Of a stretch of DNA of 47,787 nucleotides, positions 12,400 through 24,292 are shown piece by piece (position 1 is the first letter of the stretch; each line of letters opens with the position of its first letter). Source of the stretch: Hyphochytrium catenoides. Its lineage: Eukaryota > Protista > Hyphochytriomycota. Location of the stretch: positions 1 to 47,787 of the forward strand of contig FLMG01004191.1 of NCBI GenBank assembly GCA_900088475.1. The letters run 5' to 3'. Made by a program: the position numbers and the translations under genes. The notes beneath the pieces are model-generated. The model was not told where the DNA came from. It ran no database searches and saw only the letters and a program-made list of their open reading frames with translations.

Positions 12400-13560
12400 T
12401 GACATTTACATTTGTGAGTCTACTGGTGGATACATAATTGGCGGCCGACGCTCCTCCTCTGTAGCCGACGTTCACTTGAGCTTCACCGGGCCAGGCCTGG
12501 CAACAAGGATGGCTATCAGAGGGTGCATCAAGAGGTTGAAGAAATCCTCTAAAGCAGCTGCTGGTGCCTCGCTGAGGCGGGCCCAATATGCATGGCGATA
12601 GTGACAAGACAGTGTTGGATGTGCTAGTGAGGTTTACATTACCTCTTCGCAGCTGAGGAAGCGGAGTGAACAGGTGCCTATGGTCGCAGGGACTAGGAAA
12701 CCTAATTGTTAATTAGAAGGAAGCGGCGACATCTTCCATTGGAGCACTACTACTTTCTTCTCTCGTACGTATTGTCCATGAAGCTTATCATTTACACTGA
12801 ACGTCTTAAGATAAGAGTTGGGCGCGGATGGTATCATTAACACACGTCCCAGGACCTGCAAGAGTCTTTTGTAAGAAAAAATTTCTAGCTACATTCTGGA
12901 ACCCTCCTGACAGCGTAAGTCTGCAAAGAGGACTACTGGGAGATGATAATATAGTTGCAGCTAGATTGAGTATGACGTTAAGCTACAATCAATAGAGGTA
13001 GCTCTAGTGTCAAAATTTGCCGGCTTCTGCATGAAGGATAGTTGGTCCCCACTGGCTGCAGCAATCACTAATAGCAGGATGGCCATTATGTTTGAAGAGG
13101 AGTGCATGGTGAGAAAGAAGCAGGTGGTAACAGCGTGTCCCAGAGCCTCCGTGACATCCCTGTAATGAGCAGAGGAATAGCGCCATACGCAGTCGTTTGC
13201 AACTCGTCGCTTCGAATCCCACGTTCAGGCCCTTGGCAAGCACCCTCTTTCTATTAAACTGCTCTTAATATGAGTTTCTTGGTGCTTACGGTATATCCAC
13301 AGCAGATCTCGTTGCATTGCCGTTAACCCGCTAGCTTGCTTGTTTTTGCACTGCCAGTCGCTCAACATACACAAAGCTAGCCGTTCATGCAACAAGGGAC
13401 TGTCAAGCAATAAATGGCTATGGGATTACCCTTCTCTTGTTAGAAGACGCTGGTCGACGTCCTTGGTGATACGATGATGACACCGGCGATAATGAACTCT
13501 TTTGAATCACCAAAGCAGCCCTTTACGGCATAAGGGCAGGAATATCCCTCTCCCCCGTTT
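12400..13560 (-). mobile_element. Decayed tyrosine-recombinase-like ORF with N-terminal zinc-finger-like motifs (Crypton-like or integrase relic)
   Basis: One minus-strand frame with no frameshift and about 7 stops between 13500 and 12475. It reads HYRRCHH ... C-x6-C...YRKHQETH ... LFADLRCQE (R 12913-12915) ... NDKLHGQY ... SCHYRHAY (R 12595-12597) ... FNLLMH (H 12523-12525). R-to-R spacing of 106 aa and R-to-H spacing of 24 aa fit tyrosine recombinases. The catalytic Tyr is not visible. Confidence 0.5.
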
Positions 13561-14599
13561 CTCCTTGACTCGGTGTACGGCACTACCTAGGACCGTTCCT
13601 CATACTACCGACAACGGCACCTCTAACAATGAAAAATGTCCATCCCCTCGACCACTACTGCCATCATTTTAGTCGCTCTTTGCCTTAATTTAATAGTCGT
13701 TATGCCTCTAGGCCTTGCTGGCTTGGTCCAGTGGTTGGTACTGGGGAGCAGAAGGCAATCATCTCAACAAAGGAGGTTTCTTCTTGTACTGCTTGAGAGC
13801 GTTCACAATCTAGACCTCGACAATCTTCTCCCCCTGGTGGAGATAATAGCGTCTTTCATCCTCGTAACTGCTTGCCATAGGAGTTAGTGTCGGTAAGTCC
13901 TTGATGATAGTAGCATTATTGATGAGTAGTCTATGATGAAGGACGAATGGGTAGCGATAGATTGGTCACTCTCCGTCGTCGTAATGCTTGTGGTGGGCTT
14001 ACCCTCTACTTGGAAGAAAAAGCACCAGAGGGATCATGTCTCTGAGGACAACACTGGTGATGCGGGGCATGCGTCATCAGCAGGCACGCATGGGCAGCAG
14101 CGCCCTTTGATACGCTGCGGCGCCTTGGGGGCTGCAGCATGCGGGATAGTAAGGCAAGTGTACTACCAAGCCCGTTCTTCTGTTAGTAGAGCTAAGAAGA
14201 GCCACCACAGTCATTTGTTCCTCATCGATCGTCCATCATATCCTCTCCTTTCAGTGCTATCCATCATCATTGTGCCATCATCATCCTTCCTCATCCTCGG
14301 GGCTTGCTCCTTGTTTACTTTCATTGTTGGTGGTGGTACTGGATGTCTAACAAGAACCACGGCAGGCCGAGAGCATATCCGTATCCTCCCTATTATCAGA
14401 GTACGTAGTGAACTCTAGGAATAGAAGAGATTTATTTATCGCAAGAACCCCTGTCTTCCAGTCCCACATCCCACAACTCCTCCAAAGAGCCCAAAATGCA
14501 CATCGCGTGATGTATGAAGCGACAGGATAAAACCGAAGTACTGTACTTGATGTGAACTACGGGGGTGATAACTATGAAAGAGGTTATCGATGGCAAAGA

Positions 14600-17500
14600 A
14601 TCACCCCACTCTCGTCACTGAAGCGAGGTTATTTATAAAACTGTTGATAACATAACAAGGCCTTCTATGTGTTGTTGGTCTGCTGGGGCCACAATTTACC
14701 GCCTTTACAGAAGCGCTACCGGGTTTGAATTTTGTGGTCCACTGATGGTTTACAGATATTTTACCCACCCACAGCCAACCAAGCCATAAAGAGCGTTGAA
14801 GAACATAAACTTGATATTTTGTAGAACCTAACTCCATAGTACCACCATCTCCTTACAACAACCAAGAAAAAAGCTGGTAGTTCTACTGTACCTAAACACG
14901 AGATCGAGAATGTTGTCAGCCATGGGTACTGTATGCGAAGTCTTAGCCCATTGGTGCACCTGTTCCATCTGTTCATGATGCTAGCACCTTGCACCGCCAC
15001 ATGCAACGGACATCTCCCGATGAATTAAGTGGGTAGGCTGACCGCTCAGGCCTGACATTACTCTTGCTTAATCGTTCAAGACCCCTTTACAAGTGATGCA
15101 TACCCATCTACCGCTCGTCAAAAGTAATAAGGGCCTTACTTAGTTGAATGCTTACGACGAGAGCCTCCAAAGATGTACCAAGTTTGTTTGGCAAAGTTTG
15201 ATAGTTGTGATGAATTGGTGTCGTACAATCAGCCTGTTGGAACAGTGAGAACCACCAGACTAAGCTTTAGCTTTTATCAAACCCCACCCACTTTGGGTAA
15301 GTCCAAACACCATTTCGCGTCCATAGAAGGCAACAACAAGGCGAGCAATCAGGAAACGAAGTAATAATACGAGCCCCAATCCGTCGAAGAAATATAGGGT
15401 GGAAAGTAGTCCAGAGTATGATTTGGCTCATGGCTCGGCAGTAACATAGTCAGTTAAAAGCAGAGGGGGCAGTCAAGTTTGATTGCCGCAGAAAGCGATC
15501 TCGCGTCATCATGATGAGGGGCAATGGCGGTCGGCCTAGAAGGCTTGCAGGTGCATCTTACTACGGCATTACTATCCGCTGAACAGGTATAGCATACCAT
15601 GGCTCTGTATTAGTCACCAATGGCATACTATTGGACTATTCGACCACGTGTCCCTATCTTTCATAGACTGTTGAGGAAAAGCAAGGCAGAGTCGGGGTCG
15701 GACTCCAAAGTGAAAAAGGGTTCATTATTGACGCACCTCACACTCTTCGCCTCGCGAGGAACCAGACCAATGCTGGTTGGTGTTTCATGATACTTGTGCT
15801 GGAGAGGTCATTGGTTAGTGGTTGGGGCACTGGCTTCAATGGATAATTAAGTGGGTAGGATGCAGCCTCAATCGCCTTTGTTCTATGGGAAGAGCTATTA
15901 TCAAGATGCGCACCTTACACACCCATCTGAGCCTTGAGAGTACAGGTACAGAGGCTGCAGAACCAACTACTTGTCCCTCACCTCTTGTTATTTGTTTATG
16001 AGATTCTCCTTATTTCCTACGACATAAAGGTGTAGTTCTACTGGAAGCTGTAAGCCTTCACAGCAGTTTACCTGCCTGCACCCAGTGCTTTGTGGGATTT
16101 TCGTTGCAGTTCACTTCTATGGAAACACAAATGCGGCAGCTCCTCCCAAGTGTCTTTGCTCAGAGTTAAAATTACTCCGCGAGCCTTTCCTGTTATTCCA
16201 AACTCTTTTGTCTTGCTGTCTTCGTGCAGGGATGCTGGACGATTTTGTTGAGGAATTACATCCGCCTACCCATCCCCTGAGGACTATCTTGAATTCCATC
16301 AGTGTGGAGCAAAAGGTGGTGGCTTTATCCCGCCACTGACTGTCGTGTAATCAGTTATTCCCACAGCTAAACCGCTTCTCTGCACTTTTGTACGGCAACC
16401 TGTCCGCGTCGCCTGTCGCGCCCATATAAGTCCTACATCACCATATATTTTTGCCACCCAGCCCCAGCCCACCCATTCCCATAGTGCCACAAATGCTGAA
16501 CAGTGGGCTGATTTGAATACGGAGGACGCAAGAGAGAGCTGGTCGGCAGGTGCACTTGCTTCATGTTCCCTTCAGATTCTGCTTTGTTTCCGGGAATAGC
16601 TCTTGCTTTCTATTACTACAGTCCACATATCCAATGGCAGGATGGGTAGGCATTACAAAGCCAACGTCAACAGAACTTTCCAATGGCCGTGCGTGTGGTG
16701 AATGTGTCAATTCCTTCATTTCCTTGTTATTATTACTCCGTAGAAGGACTATTCTGTGCTGCTCGCTATCGACAGCACACAACAGATCCACTTACCCCCT
16801 TGTCTCACCTTGCCTTCCTCTGTCTTGTTGGTTGCTTCCAAACACTCCGCTGCTTCTCCATAAGCAAGAAAGATTGGGGGCATAGAACGTGTTCTGCGAA
16901 GACGAGGGCCAATGGAGAGCCAAAGGACGAGAAAACCAGAGTGGAGAGAGCATCACGTATGAGCATCACACCGCACCATAGCGAATACAGCAAAAAAGAT
17001 CATAGGTGATGATGAAGGGCCCACCCAGCCCGTAGCCCGCAGCCGTTCTTGTCATAGACTCTGTTGCATTCTGCTCCTACCTGTATGCTGGCTGAACGCA
17101 GTAATAATACGACAGCCGCACCGTCAAGCACTTCTTCTGTCTATATCTATGGTCTATCGCATCCAACATTCCTCAGTAACCTAATACGTCACGGGCTTTC
17201 CAACCGGCCCATCCATCCTCAACCCAGGTGTCCCCTCAAAATAGAAGATCGCGCGATAGTGGATTATTGGCCATGAAAAGTGCCCACCCATCCTCAAATG
17301 AAAGCGAATAGCCACAACAGGAAGTGCTCACCCACCCTCACATAAAAGCCAATAACTGATGATGCGGGTAGGTGCTATGGTTTGTCTTTTTCCTTCCCAC
17401 GTCAGGATGGGTGGGCACTGCTGGACTTCCGCGTCCCCCACAAGTCAAAAGGATCTCTCTCTTCCTTATCACTTTCAATATCTCTACTTTCCAGATTCCT

Positions 17501-17600
17501 CTTACTTTGTATGGATGATCTTTGATCTGTTTGTGGGCTTTACCGCACTCTGTCTCATGTTCATCAGGCCCTTGACATACTGATGATACTGATAACAGCT
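14600..17600 (-). pseudogene. Decayed intron-rich coding region of unknown family
   Basis: Repeated minus-strand donor-like GTGGGT/GTAGGC/GTAAGT/GTGCGT and YAG acceptors flank short protein-like segments with scattered in-frame stops, e.g. RPPLPLIMMTRDRFLRQ...AFN*LCYCRAMSQIILWTTFHPIFLRRIG...GVWTYPK/LIVRHQF. Confidence 0.35.
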
Positions 17601-17654
17601 TCTCAAACTGACGAGCGAACGCAGGTGAGCCACTGCCGTTGAACCATTTTACAT

Positions 17655-17670
17655 TCTCTCTCTCTTTCTC

Positions 17671-17717
<47 letters not shown>

Positions 17718-17895
17718 GTCTCTCTCTGTCTCTCTTTTTCTCTCTCTCTCCCTCTCTATCTTTCTCTCTCTCCTTCTTCTTTCTCTCTTTCTCTTTTATT
17801 CTCTTTCTCTTTTTTTCCTCTTTCTTTCTCTTTCTCTCTCTCTTCCTTCTCTCTCTCCCTTTCTCCCTCACTCTGTCTCTCTCTCTCTCTCTTTC
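17655..17895. repeat. (CT)n-rich microsatellite / polypyrimidine tract
   Basis: About 240 nt of almost pure C/T. Confidence 0.95.
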
Positions 17896-18324
17896 GTGAT
17901 CGTCTGTGTCTCACTAGGTGTGCACGCTGGATGCCCAGCTTTGTGGCTTACAAGGCTTGGCTTTGGCTGGCTTTCGCCGTAGTCTTTCTGCCTTGGACGA
18001 CAGCTACTCTACCGAACCGAAGCCCATCCGCGCGTCACTCAGACGATTCCTCCGTCCTTTTCAGAGTTCTTCCGAGTGTCTTGGCTTCAGTTTCTTGTCA
18101 TCTGTTCCGCATTGTTCAGCGGAACATCCTCTTGAATACTTCAGACAGTCTTAGGTTTGTTGAAGGTCAAAGCTGTGGATGAGCTGTTCCCCAGAGCTTC
18201 CTTAAGGTTAGAGTTGTCCGCCCTCTGGTAGAGCTTCTTTCATAGCACCTCATGAGTTGCTCTCTGTAGAGGTTGTTGGCTAACTGCTTGCCTCTTGGCC
18301 TCCTTCACAGCTAAACTCAGAAGG

Positions 18325-21300
18325 ATGCCGACTCAGCCTCCTCCGGGAGATGAGGAGACTCGCAAACCGTCTCCAAATCAAACGGGAGACACGGTGTATG
18401 CTGAGGATACCAAGTCTCCGAAGGCTAATGCGGCAAGCTCGCAGGGACAACAACAGTCCAACACGTCTGGTCATGCCGCCTCTAACAAGGCACAGACTCA
18501 TCAAACATCGGCAGAGGGCAGTAATAACTCTAACGGTGGATCTAGGACCACCTCGGTAGAGTCCAACAAGCCATCGACTCCTTCGCAGGGCGCGACCAGT
18601 GGTGTGAACGGAAGTGCAGGAAACGATCACGATGAGCCTCAGAAGCTTGTGGGTCGCAAGATCTCAAAGAATTTTGTGGGCCATGGCCGCTTTGTAGGCA
18701 AGGTGAGCTTCTCTCTCGTTATTTGACGATATGCATTGAGTTTCTTTGCTGACTTCCGCGATCATGTGAAACTTCGTAGATCTCTCAGTATAATCCCGCA
18801 ACCAAACTTTTCATGATCCTCTACAACGATGGAGACTCTGAAGAGCTCCTATACGATGAGGTCAAGTCCCTTCTCCTAAAACCAGGACGGCCACCAGGAA
18901 CGTACAGGCAGACTGGAAAGGGATCAGCAAAGCCTTCGGAGAGCCCTCCTAAATCCCCGACTTACGCCCAAAATAGCACTGGCGGCATGCCCAAAGGTGA
19001 CTCCGGCTATAGAGAAGGTGAGATGGTTCCGCTTTTGGCACGTCCTTCTCTTGAAGTCTTCTTAAACACATGGCTATTACTTTGCATACCGTTGCCGCAG
19101 CGGACAAACTGGACCCAGCAATCAAGATGGAGTTTGAGCACTATATCTTTCCCATCCTGATGCGCATGGGCTGGCGTGATAAGCTGGGACCGAATGGCGA
19201 GCGATACTTCTTCCCTCCAGATAGTATGAGGCAGGACCCAAAGTTACCAGACTATTTTACATCCATTCCTCAAGTTCTCTCCTACATACAAAGCAACCCT
19301 CAGCTGGCGCAGCTGTGCTTTCCTCGAGTGGACATGATGGGCATGCCTTCCTCTCCCGGTATGCGCAAGCGCCGGATGATGACTCCTGAGTCCATCCCCG
19401 ATCATATGCGGAAAAAGCCTCTGATGAGGAAGGACATGGAGGGTGATCAGCCTGATCATCCTACTATGAGAGATGCTCACCATATGGGCATGCCTCATGG
19501 GGGAATGTACGCTGGTGGTCCTGGGCCCAGCGGAGGCATGGGCATGATGATGATGCCAGGGATGCATCCTACCGGCCCTCCGGTAGGAGATTGGGGTCCC
19601 TCGCCATACGGAAATCAAGGTCCCTATTCCCGTCCAGGAGAGGTAGACGAAAGAGAGCAGATGATGGCAGCTAAAAAGGTTCTCTCGCGAGGAGACATGC
19701 CGTCCAGGGAACCCGATGATGAAAGAAGGCACCCTGCAATGCGGGCGAAAGCACCTACAGATGAGGTGGACGAGTATCATAGCCAGCAGTTTCAAGGAGA
19801 GGGAGGTCAGTGGAACCCTTATCATCACCAGCAGCAAATGTACTTCAGCGGTGGCAGTTCCAGTGGACCGGGAGGTTATGGGATGCCTCCAATGGGTAGT
19901 GGGGGCGCGCCGCCGGGTAGTGGTCCTCCTCCTCCATCTTATCAGCAGTTCTATGGAAGTGGTCAGCAAGGTGGACCGTATAGCCGAGCGGAAATGATGC
20001 GAGCTTCTAAGCCAAAGGACCGTCGAGAGGAAATGGACTCGCCGTCTCAGCGCCACAGAATGCCGCCAGGGCCTCCACAACATGGCTATAGCGACGTTCT
20101 TCCTCCGTCTTCGATGCATATGGCCTCACACCTCAACAATGCGAGGGAAATGCCAGGCTCATCCTATCCACCTTCCAACGTCTACCCACCTGCATCCTTT
20201 GAGCGGCGGCCACCTCGTATGGGCATGCAGGACATAAGCCAAGAGATGGGCCATCACAGAGGAGGTTATGGGGGTATGATGGCTTCTCAAGGACAGATGG
20301 CTGTCAACGAGATGCATCACCCACAGCGAATGCCTTCCTACCCTGGTCAAGGTGCGTCAAACGGTGACCAGGGAGATAATGGTCCATTCACCCGGGGTCA
20401 AGATGAACATGAAGCTTTGAGCAAGCTTGGTGGTAAGATGAAGCCTAAGAAGGACGAAGAGCAGATCCCCAAGCCAATGGACCAGGCAGGGAGAGTCGGT
20501 CCACCGCATGGTATGGATCCGAAACGGATGGCGCGTGGTCGTCGCCCGGGTGAAGAGGGCGGTCCCGATGACGGCAATGAGAGGGATGATGAGGCAGGAA
20601 TGCCTCCACATCCCCAACATTCCCGTTTAGCCCATCCAATGATGGGAGGGGGCTACGAAATGGGGGCGCCTCCTTCTTCTTACGACGCCATGGGTCGTAG
20701 TCGGCCTGGTCCCTCTCAATCTGGCAGTTGGGGCCCTGGACCAAGTGGCATGATGATGCAAGGCGGGGGCGCTCCTCCGATGGCACCAGGAGGTAGCAGC
20801 GGGCGCTTGGGCGGCGTCCCAATGGGCATGGGGATGCCAATGCCCATGGCAAAACATGGCATCCCGGAAGGCCACTGGGGTGGACGAATGGAAATGGAGG
20901 GAGGAGGAATGCCCGGAAGCTCGATGGCAATGTATGGTGGAGTACCCCCTCCCAACGCTGTGCGTGCCTCTTCCATGCCCTCTTCGATGGGTATGGAGAA
21001 GCAACTACCTCCTTTACCTGGCCGCTACGGAGGCCAAGGTGGGCAGTATTCTGAGGTGGACGATGAAGGCAAATCCGCGCAACCCGGCATGTTTCCTATG
21101 GGCAATCGTCGAGGACGAGGGGTACGTAATACTGACGCGCCATCGTCTCGTTATCGACACGACCATAACATCTTGGTGCGCTTCTTCACATATTACGATC
21201 CCCCCCAACTTGTTCTCGTTGACGATCTGCTATACAGGTACCATGGCCGGGAGCGGGAGCTGTTTCATGAGCTCTTCCTAGAGTACTGCCCAGGTAATCC

Positions 21301-23698
21301 TGCTATCTGGAGCAAGATAGAAGCGCAGATTCGAGAAGAAGAAGAGTACTATAGGGCCGGCAGCTCTATCAAGAGAGGGTCATCTCCCGATATTTATGAC
21401 CAAAGATCGATGTACAGAGAGAATTTACTACAAAGTGCTGAGTATGGTTGGAATGAGAGGAGGATACATGTGCCAGAGCGAAGACAGAGAGAGAGTGCAG
21501 TTCATCATGAGCATAATAAACGATGGACCAGACCAGAAGTGACCTACATTCATGATTCAGATTCAGAAGAGGACATCCAGAAGGTGGCAGCGTCTAGAAG
21601 GAGTTACAAAGAAAGCGTGGAGAAGCCTGCTGCACCCGTCGGTGGCAAGGCAAGGGAAAGAATGGGAGAACAAGGGGAAGTGAAAGCCGCACACCATGCA
21701 GAACCGTATCAGCTACGTGAACAAAGGGAAGAGGAGGCACCGAAAGAGATGGTTGGAGAGAGAATTACTGAAGTCAAAGGAAAGGGTAAAGAAGTAGCGC
21801 TTGACTCTAGCAACCTTTCTTCTCATCCATGTCCGCCATCAGCCAAAGGACCAATAGCCAGTGACAGTGAACCACCTAGGACCCCTGTTTCTGCTGTCCG
21901 CTTGCCTTATTTGGTGGAAAGAGAGATCTCATACCGCAAACACTTTCCGGAGATACCGCAGGACGTTATCATCGCGCTGAATGGGATGGTCTTATCGATT
22001 GAGATGGCGTTCTCCTCTTCTTCAGGGGCTGCTCCCCCGGAAGCGCAAGAGGCAGCCGCCACTGAACTCTACGAACCACCTCTAACAGTGCAACAGAGGA
22101 ACAAGCAGCAGCGTTGCCGCATCCGCTCCATGTCAAGAAAGATTAACACATGTGCAGAGAACGTGCAGTCTGACGTGGATTTACTAGTCTGTCCTGTCTG
22201 CTTGGGAGAGTATCATCGGCCTTGCTATGGATCATCTATTTCTCAAGGTCCACAGGGACAAGCAGCAGTCTGCAGTGGCTGCGCGTACCAGCTCATTCTT
22301 TCGCAAGGGGATGCACAGTCTACAGAGCGAGAGAGTAGAGGTGAAGACGAGGCTAAAGAGAAACTACCAGATTTCCTTATTTATCCAAGAGAGATGTTAG
22401 AGGATGCGATCCGTCTTAATCAGCCAGCACTGCCTCCTAACGAGGTGTCTGCCATGGCAGAGAAGCAGTGGGAGTCAATGACGGAGTATGATCGGTCAAG
22501 ACTGGACAAGGTGTGGCACAGTCTTTCCTCCTTTTCTCTCCCTTTATGGCGCTGGCCCTACTTACCCTCTATGAGTTGTTCGTTATCCCCTGTCTCCAAA
22601 TTATAGAAGTACTTAAGCACCTGACAGTCTGCTACCTCCGCTGTACAGCTCTCGAGGGAGAGAAATTCTCAGATTCGCCGTGACTGGGTTCGTTCCAAGC
22701 TCATCTCTTTTCTGGGCAATGAAGTGGAGTCTGGACGCGCAAGTGGACTCTTGAAGCTTCGAGATGGGTCAGAGCTACCCATTCACATTGCCGTACCGGC
22801 TAGTGACTTGCCTGTCGGAGCCAAGTGTGCACGCGGCCAGTGTCAGAAAACCGCAAGAGCTACATCACGCTTTTGTTCAGACCAATGTGGGGTTCTCTTT
22901 GCTGAGGAAGAGCTAGTAGCGGCTTTAAAAGCATCCGCAGGGCCGCGAGGAAAGCTGGGTGATGTTCTACTGAAGCAAAGGCGTAAAGACAGAGAAAGGC
23001 GGGCAGCACCTGGCATGTCCTGTACTCGGCAGATGACAAGAAAGCTTGGAAACAGCACAATTCTCTCTCAGCAGATTTACACGGACTCTATCCTAATAGA
23101 CCTGGAACATTCGCGGGTTTTACGGCGATTGCTGGACGTGAAGGCTGGTTTGGAAGAAGTCAGGAGGACGATAGGCAGCTTGCAGCGTAAGGCGAATCAA
23201 ACTTCAGAGGAATGTGAACGCATCCCAGACACAGACAGCGAGACAGATCTGGAACTCAGCGATGGCTTTGTCATCAAAGCTTTATCAGACCCTAGACCAC
23301 ATCTGCCTTTATCCCATTCTGACCATGAAAACACTTCAGAGGAGGAAAAAGATGCAGACAGCCCGAGGTCCATGAGCGCAGAGAGCGATGTATCTGCCTC
23401 TGCAGTCATGGAACTAGAGCATGTGAGCCTTTCAGACGAAGAAGCCGAGCTCACCGAGGCCGGACCTGTCTCCATCTCCTTCAACTGTCCTCTTTGCAAT
23501 GAGCGGCTCAATCAGGAATCTGTCTCCAAGCATGTGTACCGCTGCCTCTTGAAAACTGATTGTGGACAAAGCATCCGGTATTTGAAAGCGATCGCTGGGG
23601 AGGCCGGGACGTTGCTCTATGAGAAGGCTGCCTTGATCGAAGAGCTTCGTGACCTGAATGCTCGCCAGGATAAGCTCATTCTTCAGTCAAGCAAATGA
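18325..23698 (+). CDS. Large chromatin reader: Tudor-like, MBD-like, M/G/P-rich region, PHD finger, HMG-like segment and Cfp1/Spp1 (COMPASS)-type C-terminus; 4 exons
   Basis: Exons 18325-18702, 18780-19017, 19101-22510, 22649-23698. Motifs: LVGRKISKNFVGHGRFVGK/ISQY..LFMILYNDGDSEEL (Tudor-like); MGWRDKLG..ERYFFPP...YFTSIPQVLSYI (MBD-like); C...C..LLVCPVC..EYHRPC...VCSGC (PHD); FLIYPRE...EVSAMAEKQWESMTEYDR (HMG-like); CARGQCQKTARATSRFCSDQCG and CPLC...KHVYRCLLK (Cfp1-like). Confidence 0.8.
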
Positions 23699-24292
23699 CT
23701 TTCTATCTTTCGAATGCTTCGATCAAGCCTATATCCGAGTGAGGTTGGACAGATTCCTTCTCCCTTAGTGACTGCCCCGAACCCAAGTTGCACACCTCAA
23801 TTAGCCGTGTATCCATCCACTTTAAAGCTGAGCCACTGCCCTCCTAGATAGTACCTTCAAGCTGCCTGCAACGCACATCAGTTCAGGATGTGAGCCACCA
23901 CTGCAAAAAGCAGCTATTGAATAAAAAGAAAGACCGCCTAACTCTTTTATTTGACCGTTATGGACAGTAGATGACCCATTATGGGCAGAAGGAGGCAAGA
24001 GATGTTTTTGATATTGTGCCAGGAAGCTTGTTTCCCGCTTAAATCTAGGACAAATTTGGCTCGACCACACGTTGAAGGAGCAGGTCAATCTCAGACATCT
24101 CTTCTCATTAGGCAGCATACTTTCCTTCCTACCATTGAGTAGATCTTTCGTCTTTTTGGAAAATGGAGGGAAGGTGAAGCCTGTCGAGGAGTCCCTAAAG
24201 GCCAGTCATTCACAGGCTATTCCTGTGTTCTTTTCTGGTTAGCTTCTTCTCCCATAAGGTAACCTGTCCTTGCACAGTGCGCCTTACATAGT

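Noticed and set aside
12400-17600. Stop-codon reassignment as the explanation for in-frame stops
   Set aside because: All three stop types occur, intact genes end normally in TAA, TAG and TGA, and the 3,000-codon dynein exon has no internal stop. Decay is the simpler explanation.
17338-17899. ORFs rich in ER/RK or SL repeats
   Set aside because: Translation artefacts of the CT microsatellite.
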